From NCBI RefSeq assembly GCF_001194135.2, contig NC_068998.1, forward strand, positions 53,616,755-53,680,754: DNA of 64,000 nt, read 5' to 3'. Origin of the DNA: Octopus bimaculoides. Lineage: Eukaryota. Shown here one piece after another: positions 54,341-64,000 of this stretch (positions are counted from its first letter, which is position 1; the number at the start of each line of letters is the position of its first letter). A program made the position numbers and the translations under genes. Under the pieces are notes generated by a model. That model was not told the DNA's origin. It did no database searches and saw nothing but the letters and a program-made list of their open reading frames with translations.

Positions 54341-55789
54341 AAACAATTCTAAATTGGAAATACCCTTGACCAGATTCCACTCAGGGATTTTGGCTAAACA
54401 CCCACGTTTATATAAAACCAGTGAACCATGACAGACTGTCACAGACCAACCAAAAATAAAAAAATCTTCTTTAACTCTTCTTCCCTCCCACCCCAGCTAG
54501 CCAGTCATACTGTCTCTTAAGACAGTAAAACATTCCTTCAATATACACAAGAGAAAAAGGCCAGGTCAGTTCCTTCTCAATTTTATTCGATTGTCAAAGA
54601 ATATGTATGAGAATATGTATATGTATATGTATTTTTCCATATGTGTATTTTCATACACTGTTTTTAACACTGTTTTTAACAATTTCACCTTAATATGACA
54701 ATCAGTATGTAACACTACAAAGTTCATACAAAGCTTTATACTTTAAATATATTTTATCATCAAAGAATGTATATATGCATTTTAATACTCAGACTGTTTT
54801 TTAACATTTTTTATTATTCTCAAAGACTTTTGATAATCTTTTTCTAAAAAAGTGAANNNNNNNNNNNNNNNNNNNNNNNNNNNNNNNNNNNNNNNNNNNN
54901 NNNNNNNNNNNNNNNNNNNNNNNNNNNNNNNNNNNNNNNNNNNNNNNNNNNNNNNNNNNNNNNNNNNNNNNNNNNNNNNNNNNNNNNNNNNNNNNNNNNN
55001 NNNNNNNNNNNNNNNNNNNNNNNNNNNNNNNNNNNNNNNNNNNNNNNNNNNNNNNNNNNNNNNNNNNNNNNNNNNNNNNNNNNNNNNNNNNNNNNNNNNN
55101 NNNNNNNNNNNNNNNNNNNNNNNNNNNNNNNNNNNNNNNNNNNNNNNNNNNNNNNNNNNNNNNNNNNNNNNNNNNNNNNNNNNNNNNNNNNNNNNNNNNN
55201 NNNNNNNNNNNNNNNNNNNNNNNNNNATATATATATATATATACGCAGGCACCGCGTTTCGTAGTTTGCTACCGCAACAGTTCCTTTATAGCAACCAGTG
55301 GCTTATCATCAGGAAGAACCACGTCCGGTTTCGACTCCTACTCCTCTACCGTTTTCCACGTGGCGGGGCTCCCCCTTTCGGAGGTGTCTTCAGCTCTGGT
55401 GTTGAGTGCATTTCTTCATTCTCCTTTCTTCTGTTCCCTGGCCTCTTCGATGCAGCGTCAACGAGTTTCAGCGGGCGAATGACCATCCTGCCAAAGTTCC
55501 CTTTAAATACTGGCTGATAGGCTCCAGCAGCCAGCTCCAGCTAGTTGTCACATGACACTGTCTAAACGTCAATTGAGTGGAAGAGCGCATAATTCTAGCT
55601 CACGCCCTATCTAAACCTGCCTTCCAACAGCGTCGTGTTAGTTTCGGTTCCAGCAGCCAGAGGCGACCATCTGTTCGGTGATAAAAGCCTTCGAACATTA
55701 ATGTTTGCATACCAGCTCCAGGAATGCGTTTAATATGTAAATCGGTATATCCAATGGATTAACACTGCTGTATGTGGTGGCAATATAAG

Positions 55790-55950
55790 CAATGTGATTG
55801 GAGCCACCTTACATATTCACTCACAAGACATTGGTCAACACAAGAGAATAATAGAAGATAGTGGCACAATGTGCCGCGTCGTGGGACTGAACCTGAAACT
55901 GCGTAGTTCCAAACCAAGTGTCTTAACAATAGACCCATTCCTGAGACTAT
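55790..55950 (-). mobile_element. Degenerate SINE family B copy (others near 23510-23640, 24135-24250, 43640-43740, 56690-56860)
   Basis: CACTCACAAGACATTGGTC...GTGCCGCGTCGTGGGACTGAACC matches the family B core on the minus strand. Confidence 0.6.
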
Positions 55951-56895
55951 AGGCAACATATATCATTATTAAATGTTATGTTTAGTACGAAATTGCTATA
56001 AATCAGTTTTAATACTTTCTGGAGAATACGATCATGTTAACTTATTATTATCATTATTATTATTATCATTTTCCTTCATTATCTTCCCCATCTTTAGCCC
56101 TCCTATCATCCTCCTCCTCCTTTTTTTCGTGTTCCACCACTTCTGTGTTGCTCTTAAAGCGTTCCTGGGCTTGGAAAGGATTAGTTTATTTGACATTAAC
56201 ACTTGTGAGTCCACGTTTCCTCAGAAACCAATATTAAGGACATCGTTGAAGAAAGGAAAACACGAGAATTACAGCCAATTTACTGCAGATGATAATAATC
56301 AATAACCGTCCATTAAAACAGCGGATGGCGATATATTTTCATTTCTTCCATTGGGATTTGCTGATATTGTTGAAACAAGAAATAGAAAACTCTGTTCTGT
56401 GTTTTCAATCCAATTCTAACAACACAATATAAAGATCATGACAAGCTTCTAGACAGAAATAATTTTGAACTAAAGAACGAATCATCCAATATAGTTAGTA
56501 ACGGGATTTTTAATAAACTTCCTGAGAATTAGGGGGCATGTAATACTGTTTTATAAAAATATGGTAGGGAAACTGTAAGATTTACACTCGAAATATATTG
56601 GAGTTAGTGTCAATACCCAACACAGTTGTTAAACGTGAAACAATAAGATTTATATTAATATTCTTTCACTTTTTCCAGTTATTGAACGGCGCCCAAGCTG
56701 GAGCATAAACGTAAGGCATTTGGTGGAACAATGTCGAATCTATTCAGCGATGGTATTTTATCAAGTCTGTTACTTATTGTGCGGTGGTGTTGTACAAGGA
56801 CGTAAACAAGCCAACGCCTGTTGTTAAGTGGTCTGAGGAGAAACGCAGACATCCAGAAACACAGACACGAACATATATATAGAGAGAGAGAGAGG

Positions 56896-56927
<32 letters not shown>

Positions 56928-56960
56928 TTATATAAATTATATATATATATATATATATAC

Positions 56961-57061
56961 ATATATAGAGAGAGAGATACATATATAAATAGAGAGATAG
57001 TTATATAAATATATCTATACATATATATAGAGAGAGATACATATATAAATAGAGAGATAGT

Positions 57062-57095
<34 letters not shown>

Positions 57096-57120
57096 GATAC
57101 ATATAGAGAGATAGTTATAT
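56961..57120. repeat. Higher-order (about 60-bp period) compound TA/GA microsatellite
   Basis: ATATATAGAGAGAGAGATACATATATAAATAGAGAGATAGTTATATAAATATAT repeats at 56961 and 57021, with a partial third unit. Confidence 0.85.
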
Positions 57121-57158
57121 ATATATAGATATATATATATATATATATNNNNNNNNNN

Positions 57159-57190
<32 letters not shown>

Positions 57191-57219
57191 CATATAGAGA
57201 GATAGTTATATATATATAG

Positions 57220-57258
<39 letters not shown>

Positions 57259-57864
57259 GTGTGTGTGTGTGTTTACTGACAGATAGATAGATAGATAGCC
57301 ACATTTATAAACGGTTGATATCCGTGTCATTCACTTAGGACGTCTATGTGCAATTTAGATAACAGCCTTAAACTACCATCCGGGTTCAACAAATTATTCT
57401 TCCCCCGAGAAACAGTTTAGCTTCTGGCAATCTATTTTAAAACTTTAGTCAAAAGTTCTTTTACTTTTTTCTCGCCACCTAAACCTCGACCCCGAAAAAT
57501 AATCATTACAACAAAATTCTCTCCTGCGAAACACTTTAAAATATTAAACACCACCGCCATATTTCACAAATATTTATTTAGGCAATGAAATATATGGCAA
57601 AGGACAAAAGAAAGGTGTATAACCTGAGGTCAAAGAGAAATATGGGCCAGCATTGATGAATTGATAGCTATAGATCACCAGTTCACAGATTGTGCCAAAT
57701 CACACAACATATGTTGATATGGGGTAAGTGAATAAATATATATAAATATATTTGATAAATTTGTGAGACGGCTGTCAAACATATATTTTATGTTTCATAC
57801 TAAACCGGTGAACATTTACCGACGAATTGGATGAGAATCCTATGTTATTCCTCCCTCCTTCGCT

Positions 57865-57900
<36 letters not shown>

Positions 57901-58161
57901 CTCCCTCGTCTCTCTTTCTCCTTGGATCAAAATTTGGCTCACATTGCACCTACGATATATACTCAGGCACATCTATGTGTATGAATAAATTTACAGACAC
58001 ACACACAAATAAATATTATATATATATTTGTATGCATAAATATATATATTTGTGTGTGTAAATTTCTAAACAAGATCATAAGCAAAGATGCCTATACACA
58101 ATGAGAGAAAGGCACCCACAACTCTCTCACACACAGATATTCATGTGTGTTTGTAGACAGC

Positions 58162-58208
<47 letters not shown>

Positions 58209-58316
58209 GTGTATAATATATATATTTATGTATACATATGTGTGTATATATGTATGTTTATACATATTTGTGTGTATATATTATATGTACATATATAAGT
58301 ATATATATATAGAGAC

Positions 58317-58392
<76 letters not shown>

Positions 58393-59288
58393 CAGCATTT
58401 TTGTTAACATGAATGTATATACAGTCCAATCTGCATGCATTCCTATGTGAATGTGTCTACGAATATAATTTTGCAGCATCTGTGCCATATTGATAAGAAG
58501 ACGCCAAAACCGAAGACTAACATAATGATCTGTAATAATATTTCATTAAAGACAACGTACATTTATTTCAGCTTGCAAGTCATTCATCCATAATTTCAGG
58601 TTCCATACTTTGTAAAGATTTTTTTTTTTTCATTCACATCATCCTTTTGATTTTTTTTTTTTTGCCCCTGTTGATTGATGTTTGCTTTTAGATTAACCAC
58701 ACAACTGCCGTCGTTCTTGATGTTGTGGGCGGCATCAGTATGACCTAGTTGTTAAGATGGTGATTATCGTCGTCAAGAGATAAACTGTTGTTACATCTGC
58801 GTTGTTATTCGCTTTGCTGTCGCCGTCATATTTACCGTTATAGAAATTGTTTTTCTTCGTTGTTGTTGTTGTTGACTTCCTTCTGCTTAATATAGTTTTT
58901 TTTTTTTCGTAGCAATTATTTTTATGTATAGACGATGTTCGTTTTCGCCAACAATTCAAGTGAAAAGAAAAAGAAAAGTATCAGCCATCCATTTTTTTTT
59001 TAATTTTCAGAAGAATATATCAAAGATTTTTTTAAAAACTTTAAAACTTGTCAATACTTTCAAAGCATTCACGTAAAATATGTCCGTGTCTGTGCACACA
59101 AACACACAAACAAACACACACACTCACACGAATAACACAGACGCACATATACATATGTATATATATAATATATATACACAATATATATGTGTGTGTATAT
59201 GTATGTGCATATATATGTATACATTTTTATACACACATATATACATATATACAATTTATATACCTCTGTGTATATATGTATATAAACT

Positions 59289-59319
<31 letters not shown>

Positions 59320-59334
59320 GTGTTCGTGTGTTGT

Positions 59335-59369
<35 letters not shown>

Positions 59370-59429
59370 ATATATACACGTGTATTTGTATATACATAAG
59401 GACATAGATAGATACATACATACATACAT

Positions 59430-59528
<99 letters not shown>

Positions 59529-60072
59529 TACTTTGCAAATATGGCTGCCATGTGTAATTTTATGCAGTTATGTATCACGACACGAATTGTTACCCACGAC
59601 GGTATTTCTACCTATCTTATGTTTTTTTCACAAATACACGAATGTTTTCTTCAATGTTTTTCACCTTTCTGTTGGTTACATATATCTATTTTTCTACTTC
59701 TGTAGAATTTCTTTATAAACTTATTTATCAAAGATGTTTATTTGTTGTTTTCAGTGAATACTTCTGTTTTATATCTCCTGTTGCTCATTTTAAAATTTCG
59801 TTTTTTATTTTTATTTTTATGAAAACGATTATATATTGTTTTCGATAGAAAAAGATTTTGTTTCGTTTCGGTTCGTTGATCACGTTTCGTATTTCAACGT
59901 TTTATCCGTTGATTGACGTATGGTTCTCTTCTCGTGTTTATTTATTTATTTATAATAATAATAATTATTATTATTGGTCGAGTTATTTATCTGTTTTCTT
60001 TTCCGGTTCGATGCTTATACATACAGTTTTTTCCAAAGAAGTTCGTTTTATTTCGTTACGGTCTAGTTATCT

Positions 60073-60835
60073 TTAACTTGCTCTTATGGCTAAGATTGCA
60101 GTTTATATGTGTGTATACATACATATGTATTTGTGCTCGATTAGCTCTGTTTTATATGTACATTTTATAAATCTCAGCATATATGCTTTTTTCCGTTGTT
60201 CACTAGTCGCAGTCATGCACTGTGGTCATACTTATATATATTCAAAATATATATATACGTACGTATGTGTGTGTGTATATGTATGTACGTTTGTATGTAT
60301 ATATGTATGTGTGTATATATATCTATATATATATNNNNNNNNNNNNNNNNNNNNNNNNNNNNNNNNNNNNNNNNNNNNNNNNNNNNNNNNNNNNNNNNNN
60401 NNNNNNNNNNNNNNNNNNNNNNNNNNNNNNNNNNNNNNNNNNNNNNNNNNNNNNNNNNNNNNNNNNNNNNNNNNNNNNNNNNNNNNNNNNNNNNNNNNNN
60501 NNNNNNNNNNNNNNNNNNNNNNNNNNNNNNNNNNNNNNNNNNNNNNNNNNNNNNNNNNNNNNNNNNNNNNNNNNNNNNNNNNNNNNNNNNNNNNNNNNNN
60601 NNNNNNNNNNNNNNNNNNNNNNNNNNNNNNNNNNNNNNNNNNNNNNNNNNNNNNNNNNNNNNTTAACTTGCTCTTATGGCTAAGATTGCAGTTTATATGT
60701 GTGTATACATACATATGTATTTGTGCTCGATTAGCTCTGTTTTATATGTACATTTTATAAATCTCAGCATATATGCTTTTTTCCGTTGTTCACTAGTCGC
60801 AGTCATGCACTGTGGTCATACTTATATATATTCAA
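60073..60835. repeat. 173-bp exact direct duplication on either side of an N gap (60073-60245 = 60663-60835)
   Basis: TTAACTTGCTCTTATGG...CTTATATATATTCAA occurs identically twice; the second copy starts at the gap edge. Confidence 0.95.
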
Positions 60836-61338
60836 TTTTCTATGCATCGCGCAGAAGAAAGAAATAATATGAATGAATACCACTACTGTAAATGCAGAAT
60901 CATTCATTTATATCTATGACGCAATGACAAGACAACGGGATACATACATGCAAGCCCTCTCACTCTTTCTCTCTCTCCCTCTCTCTGTCTCTCACTATCT
61001 CACGCACACACATACATAAACGCTCACACAGACACATGTATGCATGTTAACATGTATACCTTTCTACATAAACAGAAACGCAACAAACGCCTGTACTTGC
61101 TCAACTGCAATGACTGGATCGATCGTGAAATGGAATAGGAAACGGGCAGCTTAGCAACTCATTCTTGAAACGCAAATAATTTATAAAATATATTATGAAA
61201 CATGAATCCCCGAAGCTGTTGGAAAATGTACTTCAAATATCTGTTCATGGCCTATGTTTATGCATGGCGATTTCTTTTACGCATTGAGATAATGTACACG
61301 CCTATGTACATATTTACATTCATGCATTCATACATACC

Positions 61339-61399
<61 letters not shown>

Positions 61400-61607
61400 N
61401 NNNNNNNNNNNNNNNNNNNNNNNNNNNNNNNNNNNNNNNNNNNNNNNNNNNNNNNNNNNNNNNNNNNNNNNNNNNNNNNNNNNNNNNNNNNNNNNNNNNN
61501 NNNNNNNNNNNNNNNNNNNNNNNNNNNNNNNNNNNNNNNNNNNNNNNNNNNNNNNNNNNNNNNNNNNNNNNNNNNNNNNNNNNNNNNNNNNNNNNNNNNN
61601 NNNNNNN

Positions 61608-61651
<44 letters not shown>

Positions 61652-61780
61652 CGTATAAATATGCTTATACATATATAAAGGTATGTATTCATATATACAT
61701 ATAGACTTATATACACATGCATGCACAGACACACACAAACACACACACTTAAGCATAGTGAGCAAGTGTAAAGAAGTAGT

Positions 61781-61820
<40 letters not shown>

Positions 61821-62504
61821 GAAAGAAACGGATAACTAACACCTTTATCTGTGTCGAGTTATTGGCAGCTATGCAGCATATTATTTTCACGCTGTAAATC
61901 TCATTTGTATGTTGTTATACTGAAATCCATAAAAAATAAATCATTTGCCATGTATAAATGGTGCTGTTGTCATCCTAAACTATTTAATTATTGCTATAAA
62001 AAGCGAAGAACTACCGACACGAAAACGATTATAAAGAACTATGATATGGGAAGTGACTGTGAGAGAGAAGAATGTGACTATGACAACATCAACATAATCT
62101 TTCGTAGCATCCTCGTCATAATCCCTATGATCAGCATAACTATACTCATCGTCGCCATCGTTGTAATCCTCATTATTTATATCGTCAACACTTCAGATAA
62201 TATCTTCAATTACTTTCAGTACATATCGTCTTTCCTGTCATAATTATTATTATCGCGTCCCACAACCACCTCCATTGCTGCCATCAACCATTTGCATCAT
62301 AGATCAACAGTTTCATCTTCGTTGTCGTCATCATCATCATAAAATTCATGTACATCCTAAATATCGGCAGCTAAAACACTCCTTATCAGCAATCGGGGTT
62401 GTCGGTTCGCTTTTCGTTGTAACTGCTGCGACACTTACTTTTCATTGCGGTTGCGACGGAGAAATAAATTTACGTTCTGCAAGATCATTAATGCTCTCTA
62501 CTCC

Positions 62505-62552
<48 letters not shown>

Positions 62553-63191
62553 NNNNNNNNNNNNNNNNNNNNNNNNNNNNNNNNNNNNNNNNNNNNNNNN
62601 NNNNNNNNNNNNNNNNNNNNNNNNNNNNNNNNNNNNNNNNNNNNNNNNNNNNNNNNNNNNNNNNNNNNNNNNNNNNNNNNNNNNNNNNNNNNNNNNNNNN
62701 NNNNNNNNNNNNNNNNNNNNNNNNNNNNNNNNNNNNNNNNNNNNNNNNNNNNNNNNNNNNNNNNNNNNNNNNNNNNTGTGTGTGTGTGTGTGTGTGTGTG
62801 TTCCTTGGCTACTGGAAATACACTAGAACAGTAGTCGTGCTGATGATGTCTCCTGGGGTAGAAATCTGTACCCATCACTGTCTGCTTATCTCCAAGCAAT
62901 GAGCATGTCATTTTGTAACAGGTGTGTCAAGGCTGGAGAATTCCCATTCTAGAGATTATCTCCCATTCTCATACAGAGGTAGAGATAATTTCAATAAATC
63001 AATTTGTGTTGTATAGCATTTCATATACCTGTATTTGTCTTTCTTTCTCTCTCTCTCTCTCACCACCATCTCTCCCACGTTCTCTATGAGTATAGATGCA
63101 TAGAAAACGCACACACACATACGTATACATATATACATACATACACACACATATATACGTATGTATATATATATGCACATATATGTACTTG

Positions 63192-63243
<52 letters not shown>

Positions 63244-63608
63244 CATACATATACAGGCATACACACACGGACATACGTCTATGCATAGCTATAATCAAGT
63301 CCATACACACGTGTAATAATATGTAAAGAATTGTTAGCACATCAGGGTGAAGCAATATTTTTGTTTCAAGTCAGCGTATGGAATGTATTGTACCGTTTTC
63401 CCGATTATTTGTTCTGGTTATTTTCTACTTTGTTTCTTTTCTTTTTTCCTTCGCATGATCGTTTACCAAAAATAAGCTGTTTTCTGTCATGTGTGTAACA
63501 ACTGGAAATACCTACAGGAGACAACTGTCTGATTTCAAACCACTTTTTAACTGATTGTTTCAACTTCAATTCACCGTTCATTTTAGAGGCACACACACAC
63601 ACACACGC

Positions 63609-63641
<33 letters not shown>

Positions 63642-63825
63642 TATATGTGTGTGTATCTATATATATATGTATATATACATGTACGTATGTGTGTGTATGT
63701 ATGTATATGAAAGTTTATATGTATGTAATATATATACATAAATTGAGTATTCTTTAACAAGCATAGTATTGACAGTGACTTCGGAGTTATGGCCAATTAA
63801 GCCACCATCAGAGACTACGATGAAG

Positions 63826-63963
63826 GATTTGCTTACCAACCACATAGTTCCAGGTTCAGTCCCACTGCGTGGCATCTTGGGCAAATGTTTTCTGCTATAG
63901 CCTCGGCCCGACCAAAGCCATGTGAGTGGATTTGATAGACGGAAACTGAATGAAGCCCGTCGT
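63826..63963 (+). mobile_element. SINE family B copy
   Basis: GCTTACCAACCACATAGTTCCAGGTTCAGTCCCACTGCGTGGCATCTTGGGCAAATG...GACGGAAACTGAATGAAGCCCGTCGTA. Confidence 0.85.
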
Positions 63964-63965
63964 AA

Positions 63966-64000
<35 letters not shown>

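Noticed and set aside
62842-62870. CTGATGA...GAAA hammerhead candidate
   Set aside because: The intervening sequence cannot form a credible stem II, and stems I and III are absent.

Overview
AT-rich, microsatellite-saturated eukaryotic DNA from a gapped draft assembly. The repeat landscape most resembles an octopus/coleoid cephalopod genome (inference from recalled repeat families). I found no host protein-coding exon I can name; the window reads as intronic or intergenic. Almost all listed ORFs are translations of (TA)n, (CA)n, (AG)n, (GATA)n or (ATC)n repeats or of N gaps. The recognisable content is mobile DNA: many copies of three or four tRNA-derived SINE families, several decayed R4/Dong-type non-LTR retrotransposon fragments (RT, CCHC/RLE and 3' end), an internally deleted Helitron with N-terminal coding remnants and a canonical 3' terminus, and a probable decayed Penelope-like element. 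Smaller oddities include a perfect 12x21-bp minisatellite inside a SINE, an 18-bp array built from a SINE 5' end, a perfect 22-bp-arm palindrome, two hammerhead-ribozyme-like cores and a few unexplained GC-rich unique islands. I cannot support a wholly new biological system from the sequence alone.
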